A stretch of 62,878 nt of DNA, the filler included, from Candidatus Rokuibacteriota bacterium (GTDB taxonomy: Bacteria > JAUVQV01 > DATDCY01): NCBI GenBank assembly GCA_031406795.1. It is 7 parts of 7 records of this genome, joined end to end, with 100 filler letters (N's around TTAATTAATTAA, not from the genome) between each part and the next. Parts side by side here need not be neighbours in the genome. Positions count along the whole stretch, not along the records: positions 1 to 24,373 come from JANOHV010000147.1; 6 more parts are not named here. One strand, 5' to 3'. Shown one piece after another: positions 9,114 to 18,176 of this stretch. Position 1 is the stretch's first letter. Each line of letters begins with the position of its first letter. The translations under genes were made by a program, and so were the position numbers. Under the pieces are notes generated by a model, which searched no databases, was not told the origin of the DNA, and worked only from the letters and a program-made list of their open reading frames with translations.

Positions 9114-10878
9114 CATCACCACGCAGGAATCCGAGGAAGTCAAGAGGGAGGTGAAGAAGCCCAAGCAGCAGCAGGGCAAGGCGTTCTGCCCGGAGCCCGC
9201 GGAAGGCGAAGATGCCGGCGAGCGCGCGGAGATGAACCGGCTCTACGACGAAACGCTGCGCCACCTCGAAGAGGGTGAAATCGTCCGCGGCCGCGTCATC
9301 AAGATCACCGACCAGGAAGTGGTGGTCGACGTCGGCTTCAAGTCGGAGGGCGCGATCCCGATCGGCGAATTCCGGCGCGACAACATCCCCAAGGTCGGCG
9401 AAGAGATCGAGGTCTTCCTCGAGGAGGCCGAGAACGCCGACGGGCACCTGATCCTCTCCAAGGGAAAGGCCGACAAGGCCAAAATCTGGGAGGAGATCAC
9501 CAAGATCTTCGACGAGGACCGCGAGATCGAGGGCTACGTCACCGACAAGATCAAGGGCGGCCTCGCCGTGGACATCGGCGTGCGCGGCTTCCTCCCCGGC
9601 TCGCTGGTCGACCTGCGCCCGGTGCGCGACCTGGGCCACTTCGTGGGCCAGAAGATCGTGATGAAGATCCTCAAGCTCAACCGCCAGCGCGGCAACGTGG
9701 TGCTCTCGCGCCGCGCCGTGCTCGAGAAGGGCCGCGAGGAGAAGCGCCGCGAGACGCTGAAGAACCTCGTGATCGGGATGCGCATCAAGGGCGTCGTCAA
9801 GAACATCACCGAGTACGGCGCGTTCATCGATCTCGGCGGCGTCGACGGCCTGCTGCACATCACCGACATGTCCTGGGGGCGCATCAGCCACCCCTCGGAG
9901 GTCCTGATGGTCGGCGAGGAGGTCGAAGTCGTCGTCCTCAAGTTCGACCGCGAGACCGAGCGCGTGAGCCTCGGGCTCAAGCAGAAGAGCCAGGACCCCT
10001 GGACCAACCTCGGCACCAAGTACCCGATCGGCACGCGGGTCAAGGGCAAGGTCGTCAGCCTCACCGACTACGGCGCGTTCGTCGAACTCGAGGAGGGCGT
10101 CGAGGGCCTGGTGCACGTCTCGGAGATGTCCTGGACCAAGAAGGTCAAGCACCCCTCGAAGATCCTCTCGGTCGGCGACCAGATCGAGTGCCAGGTGCTC
10201 AACGTCGACGAGAACGTCAAGCGTATCAGCCTCGGCATCAAGCAGATCGAGTCCAACCCGTGGGACTTCCTCGAGAAGAAGTACCCGATCGGCTCGGTGA
10301 TCACCGGCAAGGTGCGCAACCTGACCGAGTTCGGCGCGTTCGTCGGCCTCGACGAGGGCATCGACGGCCTGGTGCACGTTTCGGACATCTCCTGGACCAA
10401 GAAGATCAAGCATCCCTCCGAGGTCCTGAAGAAGGGCGACTCGGTCGACGCGGTGGTGCTGAACATCGACAAGCCGCGCGAGCGGCTCAGCCTCGGCATC
10501 AAGCAGGTCCAGGGCGACCCGTGGCAGGAGTTCGTCTCGAAGTCCGGCCTCGGCAAGATCGTCGCCTGCACGGTGGTCAAGGTCACCGACTTCGGCGTTT
10601 TCGTCGCCATCGCCGGCGGCATCGAGGGGCTGATTCACTCCTCCGAGCTCGGCAGCGACAAGAGTTCCCGCCTCGAGAACTTCGCGATCGGGCAGGAGCT
10701 GCAGGCCAAGGTCATCCGGATCGACCAGGGCGAACGCAAGGTTTCGCTCAGCCTCAAGGCGCTGGAATCCGATCAGGAGCGCTCCGACTTCGACCAGTAC
10801 GCCAGCCGGCAGGGCAGCGGTTCGGTGAGCATCGGCGAGATGCTCGAAGAGAAGCGCCGCAGCCGGGAAGACGAGTAA
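9097..10878 (+). CDS. rpsA: 30S ribosomal protein S1
   Basis: Six S1 repeats (DVGFKSEG, DGLLHITDMSW, EGLVHVSEMSW and others); AGGAGG upstream of ATG 9097. Confidence 0.97.
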   Translation: MSDATDITTQESEEVKREVKKPKQQQGKAFCPEPAEGEDAGERAEMNRLYDETLRHLEEGEIVRGRVIKITDQEVVVDVGFKSEGAIPIGEFRRDNIPKVGEEIEVFLEEAENADGHLILSKGKADKAKIWEEITKIFDEDREIEGYVTDKIKGGLAVDIGVRGFLPGSLVDLRPVRDLGHFVGQKIVMKILKLNRQRGNVVLSRRAVLEKGREEKRRETLKNLVIGMRIKGVVKNITEYGAFIDLGGVDGLLHITDMSWGRISHPSEVLMVGEEVEVVVLKFDRETERVSLGLKQKSQDPWTNLGTKYPIGTRVKGKVVSLTDYGAFVELEEGVEGLVHVSEMSWTKKVKHPSKILSVGDQIECQVLNVDENVKRISLGIKQIESNPWDFLEKKYPIGSVITGKVRNLTEFGAFVGLDEGIDGLVHVSDISWTKKIKHPSEVLKKGDSVDAVVLNIDKPRERLSLGIKQVQGDPWQEFVSKSGLGKIVACTVVKVTDFGVFVAIAGGIEGLIHSSELGSDKSSRLENFAIGQELQAKVIRIDQGERKVSLSLKALESDQERSDFDQYASRQGSGSVSIGEMLEEKRRSREDE

Positions 10879-10888
10879 CAGGCATGAT

Positions 10889-10933
10889 CGGCCGGGGGCG
10901 GCGTTCATCGCGCCACTCCCGGCCGTTTTTTTT
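10889..10933 (+). terminator. Rho-independent terminator after rpsA
   Basis: CGGCCGGG...CCCGGCCG stem followed by T8. Confidence 0.8.
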
Positions 10934-10960
10934 AATGGCCGGACAACGACAGGAACATGC

Positions 10961-11145
10961 GGCTCTCCAAAAGATCTCCATGCAAAGCGCGCCACGTGAG
11001 CACCGGGCGGGGATCAACCCCGCCCCTACGACAAAATCGTCTGCGTGTAGGGGAGGGGTTCATCCCCTCCTTACGACAAAATCGTCTGCGTGTAGGGGAG
11101 GGGTTCATCCCCTCCCGCATCCCAGACGGGCTTTTTTCAACAGCC
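10961..11145. repeat. Degenerate ~120-bp-family element whose core is replaced by three GTAG REPs
   Basis: Ends GGCTCTCCAAAAGA..ATGCAAAGCGCG and CAGACGGGCTTTTTTCAACAGCC; REPs at 11005-11029, 11047-11074 and 11092-11116. Confidence 0.7.
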
Positions 11146-11155
11146 TGACGACATC

Positions 11156-12073
11156 ATGGGCAAGATAAAATATCCGTTTCTCATCCTGGCGGGCCTCTCG
11201 GCCGCCGTTGCTCTGGTCATGGTGCTGACCGGATCAGGCCGCGATCGCGGCCGTCTGCCGGGGGCGTCGTTCTCGACGGACAGGGTCGCCGTCATCGAAC
11301 TCACCGGCATGATGACCAGTTCGCAGGACATCGGCAGCCGCGCGGTGAGCGCGCGCAGGGTGCTCGCGCAACTGCGCAAGTACCGCGACGACGACTCGGT
11401 GAAGGCCATCGTGCTGCGGGTGGACACGCCGGGGGGCACCGTCGTGGCGGCGCAGGAGATCCACGGGGCGCTGCTGCGGCTGCGCGAGGGCACCGGCCGC
11501 AAGGTCGTGGTGTCGATGGGCGACATGGCCGCCTCCGGCGGCTACTACGTCGCGTGCGCCGCCGACCGGGTCTTCGCGAGCCCGGGCACGCTCACCGGCA
11601 GCATCGGCGTGATCATGCAGTTCCCGAACTATCAGGGCCTGTTCGGCAAGATCGGGCTCGGAATGAACACCATCAAGAGCGGCGAGTTCAAGGACGTGGG
11701 CAACGGCGCGCGCGAGATGTCGGATCGCGACCGCCGGCTGCTGCAGAGTCTCGTCGACGACGTGTATTCGCAGTTCGTCGAAGCCGTGGCCGCGGGCCGC
11801 CGGATGACGCCGGAGCGGGTGCGCTCGCTCGCGGACGGGCGGGTGTATTCCGGCCGGCAGGCGAAGGAGCTCGGGCTGGTCGACGAATTCGGCGATCTCG
11901 ACGCGGCGATCGCCGCAGCGGGCAAGCTCGCCGGAATCGCGGGGAAGCCGGAGGTCATCCGCGAGTCGCCGCGCCGCGGGATCTGGGAGCTGCTCGACGC
12001 GCGGATGGCCGGCATCTTCCCGGCGGCACTCGACGCGGACACGCAGGCGCGTCTGCTGTATCTCTGGCAGTAA
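11156..12073 (+). CDS. sppA: Signal peptide peptidase SppA (S49, 36K type)
   Basis: VDTPGG, MAASGGYY, TGSIGV, SGEFKD and GLVDEFG motifs. Confidence 0.93.
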   Translation: MGKIKYPFLILAGLSAAVALVMVLTGSGRDRGRLPGASFSTDRVAVIELTGMMTSSQDIGSRAVSARRVLAQLRKYRDDDSVKAIVLRVDTPGGTVVAAQEIHGALLRLREGTGRKVVVSMGDMAASGGYYVACAADRVFASPGTLTGSIGVIMQFPNYQGLFGKIGLGMNTIKSGEFKDVGNGAREMSDRDRRLLQSLVDDVYSQFVEAVAAGRRMTPERVRSLADGRVYSGRQAKELGLVDEFGDLDAAIAAAGKLAGIAGKPEVIRESPRRGIWELLDARMAGIFPAALDADTQARLLYLWQ

Positions 12074-12127
12074 CCGTTCGGCCACTGAAAAGGGCCCATC
12101 CGTGAGAGTGACACCCACACACAGTAC

Positions 12128-12156
12128 TTGACATCCATTATCATTCTCATTATGTT
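12128..12156 (+). promoter_or_regulatory. Sigma70 promoter of fur with an overlapping Fur box
   Basis: TTGACA-17bp-TATGTT; 12136-12154 matches GATAATGATAATCATTATC at 14/19 on the minus strand. Confidence 0.65.
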
Positions 12157-12162
12157 GGGGTC

Positions 12163-12627
12163 ATGAAAAAGGCAAACGCGCAGCAGAAGGCGTCGAGCGC
12201 GACCGCCCGGTTCACGCAGTATCTCTCCGAGCGGGGGCTGCGACTGACGGGCCAGCGGCGCGTTATCGCCGACCTCTTCTTCCGGTCCGAGGGGCACCAC
12301 AGCGCCGAGGAGATTTCGCGCATGGTCCGGGAGGCGAATCCGGGGATCGGGCCCGCCACGGTGTACCGGACGATCAAATTGCTCCGGGAAGCCGGCTTGG
12401 CAACGGGCATGAACACCGGGGACGGACTGGCGCGCTACGAGTCGCCCTTCCGCCGCTCTCACCACGATCACCTTGTCTGCCGGCGCTGCAACCGGATTGT
12501 CGAGTTCGAGAACGACCAGATCGAGGCGCTGCAGCAGCGGGTGGCCGAGCGGCACGGGTTCGTCGTCACCGACCACCGGCTGGAGCTCTACGGGGTCTGC
12601 GGCGCGTGCCGCGGGGCGGGCGGATAA
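12163..12627 (+). CDS. fur: Ferric uptake regulator family protein
   Basis: ATVYRT, HHDHLVCRRC and C-terminal CxxC; sits directly upstream of feoAB. Confidence 0.9.
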   Translation: MKKANAQQKASSATARFTQYLSERGLRLTGQRRVIADLFFRSEGHHSAEEISRMVREANPGIGPATVYRTIKLLREAGLATGMNTGDGLARYESPFRRSHHDHLVCRRCNRIVEFENDQIEALQQRVAERHGFVVTDHRLELYGVCGACRGAGG

Positions 12628-12646
12628 ATTTTTTTCAGGGCCATCT

Positions 12647-12665
12647 GATATTGATTCTCATTCCC
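12647..12665 (+). promoter_or_regulatory. Fur box upstream of feoA
   Basis: GATATTGATTCTCATTCCC matches the Fur consensus at 14/19. Confidence 0.6.
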
Positions 12666-12683
12666 ACAGAAAGGAAGGCCCCG

Positions 12684-12956
12684 ATGCACACTGCCGCAGG
12701 CCACCCCGGACGCAGCGTCCTCACTTTCCCGCTCGGACTTCTCGGTGCCGGCGAGCAGGCGCAAATCACCTCCATCAGGGCCACCCCTGAGCGTACCTCC
12801 TCCGTCCGGGCGGAGGACATGGGCCTGCGTGTCGGCAAAACCGTGGAGATGCTCACCAACGGCGGGGGCGGCCCGCTGCTCCTCAAAATTGACGAATCGA
12901 GGCTCGCCATCGACCGCAGAGTGGCCATGAGAATACTCGTCAGGAGGCAGCGATGA
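12684..12956 (+). CDS. feoA: FeoA family protein
   Basis: DMGLRVGKTVEM...PLLLKIDESRLAI SH3-like FeoA pattern; AAGGAAGG RBS. Confidence 0.85.
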   Translation: MHTAAGHPGRSVLTFPLGLLGAGEQAQITSIRATPERTSSVRAEDMGLRVGKTVEMLTNGGGGPLLLKIDESRLAIDRRVAMRILVRRQR

Positions 12957-13180
12957 ACTTGGCAATGATGAAACCCGGAGAACGAGGAAGGATAACCGCC
13001 ATCGGGGCGATCGGTCCGCTGCGACGCCGCTTGATGGACATGGGGGTGCTGGTGGGGGAAGACATCGCGGTCGTGAAAGTCGCCCCGCTGGGGGATCCGA
13101 TCGAAGTGACGATCAAGAGTTACCAGCTCTCGCTCCGCAAGAAGGAAGCGGAAGGGATCGCGGTGGAGGTGTTGAAATGA
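12953..13180 (+). CDS. feoA: FeoA family protein
   Basis: RRLMDMG, APLGDPIEV and LSLRKKEA motifs. Confidence 0.92.
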   Translation: MNLAMMKPGERGRITAIGAIGPLRRRLMDMGVLVGEDIAVVKVAPLGDPIEVTIKSYQLSLRKKEAEGIAVEVLK

Positions 13181-15417
13181 GCATTGCAACTGAACCGCTG
13201 TGCATCGGCGAAAAGGCCTTCGGGCGTGCCGCTCATAGCCCGGCCGCGAAACGCACCATCATCGTTGCGGTCGCCGGCAATCCCAATGCCGGTAAATCGA
13301 CCCTGATCAATGCCATCGCCGGCAGCCGGCTGCAGGTCGGCAACTGGCCGGGCGTCACGGTGGAGAAGAAGGAGGCCCGGTTCGAGTTCGAAGGCAGCCG
13401 CATCCGTCTGATCGATCTGCCCGGCGCGTACTCCCTCTCTCCCTACTCCCAGGAGGAGATCATCGCCCGCGACTACCTGGTGCGCGAGAAGCCCGACCTG
13501 GTGATCAACGTGGTCGACGCTACCAACCTGGAGCGCAACCTCTATCTCACCGTGCAACTGCTGGAGCTGGGCCTGCCGGTGGTGATGGCCCTCAACATCT
13601 ACGACGAGGCCGAGGCCAAAGGATATCGGATCGACATCAAGGGGATCGAGCGCATGCTCGGGATCCCCGTAGTCCCCACGGCCGCTACGAAAGGGCGGGG
13701 AACCACCGAACTTCTCGAGGCCGTGGTGCGGACCGCCAGCGCCCCCGCACGCCTCCCGAAGACGCCGAAGTACGACGCGGATATCGCGCAGGCCATCGAC
13801 GGCGTCGTCGCGGTCATCCGCGAGCGCCACCCGGAGCTGGCGAGCACGTACGCGTTGCGCTGGCTCGCCTCCAAGCTGATGGAGGGAGACCAGGAGGTGG
13901 CCCGGGAGGTCAAGATCGACCTCGACGGACTGGAGAATGAGTCGCTACGCCATCTGCGCCGCGCACACGGCGAGGATCTCGAGGCGCTGATGGCCGAGGC
14001 TCGCTACGCGCTCGCGTCGGGACTGACCCGCGAGGTGCTCCGGAAGCCCGAGCTGCGCAAGACCGAGATCACCGAGAAGATCGACCGCATCGTCCTCCAT
14101 CGTCTCTTCGGCATCCCGATCTTCCTGGCCGCCATGTGGCTGGTCTTCAAGCTGACGTTCGATCTCTCCTCGCCCTTCGGCGACTGGCTCGACGGGATGA
14201 TCGCCGGTCCCTTCCGGCGCTGGATCGAAGCGGGCCTCGGGCTGGTCGGCGCCCCGGACTGGACGGTAGCGCTGGCCCTCGACGGGGTCATCGCCGGAGT
14301 GGGCTTCGTGCTCGTCTTCGTCCCGGTCATCTTCGCGATGATGTTCTTCATCACGTTCCTCGAAGGCAGCGGCTACATGGCGCGCGCCGCCTTCGTGATG
14401 GATCGGGTAATGCACGCCATCGGCCTGCACGGCAAGAGCTTCATCCCGATGCTCCTCGGCTTCGGGTGCAACGTTCCCGGCATCTATGCCACCCGCACGC
14501 TCGAGAACCCGCGGGACAAGGCGCTGACCGCGCTGCTGCTGCCGCTGATGTCGTGCGGGGCCCGGCTGCCGGTCTACGTCCTCTTCGCGGGAATCTTCTT
14601 CGCCGACAGCGCGGGGACGGTCATCTGGTCCCTCTACGTGCTGGGGATCCTGCTCGCCGTCCTGATGGGGGTGATCTTCAAGAAGACCCTCTTCCGCGGC
14701 GATGCGCCGCTGTTCATCATGGAGCTGCCCCCCTACCGGCTGCCGACGCTGAGGAGCCTGCTGATCCACACCTGGGAGAAGGGGAAGCACTTCCTGATCA
14801 AGGCCGGCACGTACATCCTGGCCGTCTCGGTGTTCGTCTGGTTCCTGCTGAACCTCCCCTGGGGCGTCGAGAACAAGCGCGACTCCTATCTCGGCAGGAC
14901 GGGCGCCGCCATTGCGCCGATCTTCGCTCCTATCGGCTTCGGCACCTGGGAGGCGTCGGCATCGCTGATCACCGGCATCATCGCCAAGGAGATCGTCGTC
15001 GGGACCATGGGCGAGATCTACGCCCCGTCCGCTGCGCAGGAAGCACCGACCGCGGGCCCGCGACCCACGCTGGGCGAGGATCTGCGGGAGATCGCCGTCT
15101 CCTTCGGCGGCGCCGTCAAGGCAGCCGGCGCCAACGTCGTCTCGACCTTCGGCGTCAGCAGTCTGGCCGCGCAGGACGAGAGCGGCGCTTCCCCCCTCAA
15201 GACGGCCGTCGGCGGCGCCTTCACGCCGCTCACCGCCTACGCCTTCATGGTCTTCGTGCTGCTCTACATGCCATGCGTCGTGGTCGCCATCGCGATGCGG
15301 CAGGAATTCGGCTCCTGGAAGTGGTTCGGCGTGGCATTCGCCTACCAGTCGGCGCTCGCCTGGAGCGTCGCGTTCATAATCTACCAGGGGGGAAGACTCC
15401 TGGGACTCGGCGGTTGA
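13177..15417 (+). CDS. feoB: Ferrous iron transporter FeoB
   Basis: GNPNAGKS, GNWPGVTVE, DLPG, GFGCNVP and MSCGARLPVY motifs. Confidence 0.97.
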   Translation: MSIATEPLCIGEKAFGRAAHSPAAKRTIIVAVAGNPNAGKSTLINAIAGSRLQVGNWPGVTVEKKEARFEFEGSRIRLIDLPGAYSLSPYSQEEIIARDYLVREKPDLVINVVDATNLERNLYLTVQLLELGLPVVMALNIYDEAEAKGYRIDIKGIERMLGIPVVPTAATKGRGTTELLEAVVRTASAPARLPKTPKYDADIAQAIDGVVAVIRERHPELASTYALRWLASKLMEGDQEVAREVKIDLDGLENESLRHLRRAHGEDLEALMAEARYALASGLTREVLRKPELRKTEITEKIDRIVLHRLFGIPIFLAAMWLVFKLTFDLSSPFGDWLDGMIAGPFRRWIEAGLGLVGAPDWTVALALDGVIAGVGFVLVFVPVIFAMMFFITFLEGSGYMARAAFVMDRVMHAIGLHGKSFIPMLLGFGCNVPGIYATRTLENPRDKALTALLLPLMSCGARLPVYVLFAGIFFADSAGTVIWSLYVLGILLAVLMGVIFKKTLFRGDAPLFIMELPPYRLPTLRSLLIHTWEKGKHFLIKAGTYILAVSVFVWFLLNLPWGVENKRDSYLGRTGAAIAPIFAPIGFGTWEASASLITGIIAKEIVVGTMGEIYAPSAAQEAPTAGPRPTLGEDLREIAVSFGGAVKAAGANVVSTFGVSSLAAQDESGASPLKTAVGGAFTPLTAYAFMVFVLLYMPCVVVAIAMRQEFGSWKWFGVAFAYQSALAWSVAFIIYQGGRLLGLGG

Positions 15418-15418
15418 A

Positions 15419-15649
15419 ATGGGAATCGCGGACGTCGTCTGGATGGCCCTGATCCTGGGTGGTGCGGGCTATCTCCTCTACCGCTCGGTCGGGAAGAAGA
15501 AGGGACATTGCCAGGGGTGCGGCAACGCCGGGTGCTCCAAGAGGAGCCTCGTCGCTACGGCGTGGCGGCCTAACAGGACTGCAGGACCAGGTAGCCCTGG
15601 CCTTCGAAGCGGTAGCGCAGCGACTCGGCCTTCCCCACCAGTTTCTTGA
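15419..15649 (+). CDS. FeoB-associated Cys-rich small membrane protein
   Basis: TM helix followed by KKKGHCQGCGNAGC; immediately after feoB. Confidence 0.75.
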   Translation: MGIADVVWMALILGGAGYLLYRSVGKKKGHCQGCGNAGCSKRSLVATAWRPNRTAGPGSPGLRSGSAATRPSPPVS

Positions 15650-16700
15650 GCTCCGGGACGACCTCCGCCTCGTAACCCAGGCCCTCGGTCCAGGCCACGA
15701 CCGACTCCGGCCGCGCGAGCACCGGCTGGTCGGCCACGACGGGGAGCACGATCGGCCCGCCGCGCGCCGCCAGGACCAGTTGCCCCGAGCCCGAGATCTC
15801 GGCCGCGAGGAAGGCCTCCTTGGCCAGCCCGTGGTAGTCGAACGAGACGGCGATCGCGGTGCCGCACAGCACGAGCGAACCCCAGTTGACGAAGAGCCGC
15901 CCGCCCCCGAGCTGCAGCGCGTGCAACCCGCGCCCGAGCCCCGACAGCACCAGTTCCCCGTTGCCCTCGGCGCGCGCCAGGACACCGTGGCGAGCGCCGA
16001 ATTTCGAGGCGGCCTTCTCGGCCTCGCGGGAGGCGGGGGCGAAGACCACGACTCCCTGGTGGCCGATGCAGAACGCCGGGTTGATGAAGACCTTCTCGCG
16101 GACCTTGACGACCAACTCGCCGGGCCCGGGGCGCACGATGTCCGCTCCCGCGCCGGGCCGCGGCAGGCTCGCGCCCGCGAGCCAGGCCGCGACTTCGGGC
16201 TCCGCGGACTGCCGCGGCGGCTGCGGAGCGGCGGCGCGCGGCGGCTGCCCCTTCTCCGGACGCAGCAGACGCCCCCGGATGGCGGCGGCGTGTTCTTCGT
16301 CGCCGGCGCGCGTAAAGCAGTCGAGCGCCTTCTCCAGAGCACCCTGGCGCTCCTGGCAGACCCCGAGATTGCGCAGCGTCTTGACATCCCCGGGCTGGAG
16401 TTCGAGCAGCCGCTCGAAGGCCGCCTGCGCCTGCGCGTAGCGCTGCGCCTTGAAGCAGATCATCCCGAGATTCGTGTGGTGCCCGACGACGTGCTTCTCC
16501 AGTTCGACGAGCTTGCGGTATGCCGCAATCGCGTTCTCGAAATCGCCCTTCTGGTACAGCAGATAGGCGCGGAAGTTCAGCGCCGTGACGTCGCGCGGGT
16601 TGTCGCGCAGCAGCAGCCCGACGATCTCCTCAGCCTCGTCGGGCAGCCCCTGCTGGAACAGGTCCCGGGCTCGCTTGAGCAGTGCCGACGGATCACTCAT
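15570..16700 (-). CDS. TPR repeat plus AIM24-family domain protein
   Basis: N-terminal TPRs; C-terminal EGNGELVL / SGSGQLVL / FEGQGYLVLQS AIM24-like repeats. Confidence 0.75.
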   Translation of the reverse strand: MSDPSALLKRARDLFQQGLPDEAEEIVGLLLRDNPRDVTALNFRAYLLYQKGDFENAIAAYRKLVELEKHVVGHHTNLGMICFKAQRYAQAQAAFERLLELQPGDVKTLRNLGVCQERQGALEKALDCFTRAGDEEHAAAIRGRLLRPEKGQPPRAAAPQPPRQSAEPEVAAWLAGASLPRPGAGADIVRPGPGELVVKVREKVFINPAFCIGHQGVVVFAPASREAEKAASKFGARHGVLARAEGNGELVLSGLGRGLHALQLGGGRLFVNWGSLVLCGTAIAVSFDYHGLAKEAFLAAEISGSGQLVLAARGGPIVLPVVADQPVLARPESVVAWTEGLGYEAEVVPELKKLVGKAESLRYRFEGQGYLVLQSC

Positions 16701-16712
16701 CGGGACGAAGAC

Positions 16713-17267
16713 CTAGATGCCTTCGAGGGCGAACGGCGCGTCGCCGCGATAATCGAGCAGCCGCAGGCTCGTGTCGCTCTTGAGGAAGAGAAATACCGTC
16801 TCCCCATGGCGCGCGTCCACGCTGCCGTCGGGCAACGTCACGCTGCGGGTCCACTCCGCCTTGACGCTGACTCGCCCCTCCTCCTCCGAGACCTGGCGGA
16901 CCGCGACGACGGCCGTGCGGGCTCTCGAATTCGCCAGGAGCCCCTTGAGCGAGCTCTCGAGGGCGCTGTAGCCCCGGTAGAAGCCCCGCGAGACTTTGGC
17001 CAGAAAGCCCTCGGCGTTGCCGGCGGCGAATTCTTCGCCGAGCAGGACGACCTGCTGCCAGGCGAAACGGTCGACGGCACTCAGATCCGCGGGGGGCTGC
17101 GTCGGGATCAAAACCGGCATTTGCGTTTGCACCGCCGCGGGGCGAAGCGTCGTCGAAACGGGCGGCACGCGGCTGGTCGGACCGGCGCAAGCGCTGAACA
17201 GCACGGCTGTCGTCGCCGCCAGCGCGAACAGCCGCGTCGCGCGGACGGACGGGAATCCTGGATTCAT
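16713..17267 (-). CDS. Hypothetical lipoprotein (possible NTF2-like fold)
   Basis: Lipobox-like FSAC; GGAGG RBS; in the operon with rodZ and xerD. Confidence 0.65.
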   Translation of the reverse strand: MNPGFPSVRATRLFALAATTAVLFSACAGPTSRVPPVSTTLRPAAVQTQMPVLIPTQPPADLSAVDRFAWQQVVLLGEEFAAGNAEGFLAKVSRGFYRGYSALESSLKGLLANSRARTAVVAVRQVSEEEGRVSVKAEWTRSVTLPDGSVDARHGETVFLFLKSDTSLRLLDYRGDAPFALEGI

Positions 17268-17337
17268 GGAAGACCTCCCTTACCAAGTTTGAAGGATGAA
17301 GAACATCCCCAAATGCTATTCCCCGCCGCCGCCGCCG

Positions 17338-18162
17338 TCAATCCCCGGCGCGAGCGGGGAGAGGCGCAGGGGCGGTCTTCGGGGCGGTGAACGACAATCC
17401 GAGCTTCGTTTCGCCCTTGTAGCCGATGAAACCGAGTTCGCGCCCGTTGACGCTGATGCGGATCACGCCGGCGTCGCCGAGCGAGAGCGAGAGCCGGTCG
17501 CGCGCCGTGATCTCCAGGTTCTGCCCCGGCCCGAGTTCATAGCGTCGCGGCTCCGCGCCGTCCGGCGTCGCCTCAGCCCAGGTCGTCCCCTCGCACCGCA
17601 GCAGCACCCGCACGCCCGGCGCCGCCGCCGGCTCCGCGTCGGTTTGAACGTCCGCCGGCCCGGGGTCCGTGAGCGCCGCCGTCTGCCGGACCGGGAGCGC
17701 GACCGCCGCCGCCTCGGCGACGGGGATCTCCAGCTCGACCGGCGGCGGCGTGAGCACGGCGCGCGCGACGAGGACCGTGGCGACGACGGCCGCGAGCGCG
17801 AACGGCGCCGCCCATTCGCGCCAGATGAACGTATCCCGGGCGGGGTAACGGAAGATCCTCCCCGGCCGGCCGCTCCCCTCCCCGGCCAGCGCCGATCCAC
17901 AGGCCCGCAGCAACTCCTCCGGATCGAAGCCGAGGAGCGTGGCATACGCGCAGACCAGGCCCCGCGCGTAAGGCTGCGGCGGCAAATCCGCGACGCGCCC
18001 ATCCTCCACGGCGTCCAGGTGTCGCGCGCCGACCCTGATCGCGGCCCCGGCCTCCTCGATCGTCAGCCCCCGGCTCCGGCGACGCTCGCGCAACAACCGC
18101 CCGACAAGCGCCGCGCTTTCGCGATCCGCTGCGGCCGCCGCCGGCACGCCTTTGCGCCCCAT
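17338..18162 (-). CDS. rodZ: RodZ-like protein (HTH, TM, DUF4115)
   Basis: GRLLRERR..GLTIEE and YARGLVCAYATLLG HTH; C-terminal LGDAGVIRISVNG. Confidence 0.8.
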   Translation of the reverse strand: MGRKGVPAAAAADRESAALVGRLLRERRRSRGLTIEEAGAAIRVGARHLDAVEDGRVADLPPQPYARGLVCAYATLLGFDPEELLRACGSALAGEGSGRPGRIFRYPARDTFIWREWAAPFALAAVVATVLVARAVLTPPPVELEIPVAEAAAVALPVRQTAALTDPGPADVQTDAEPAAAPGVRVLLRCEGTTWAEATPDGAEPRRYELGPGQNLEITARDRLSLSLGDAGVIRISVNGRELGFIGYKGETKLGLSFTAPKTAPAPLPARAGD

Positions 18163-18176
18163 GCCCGCCTTTCGTC

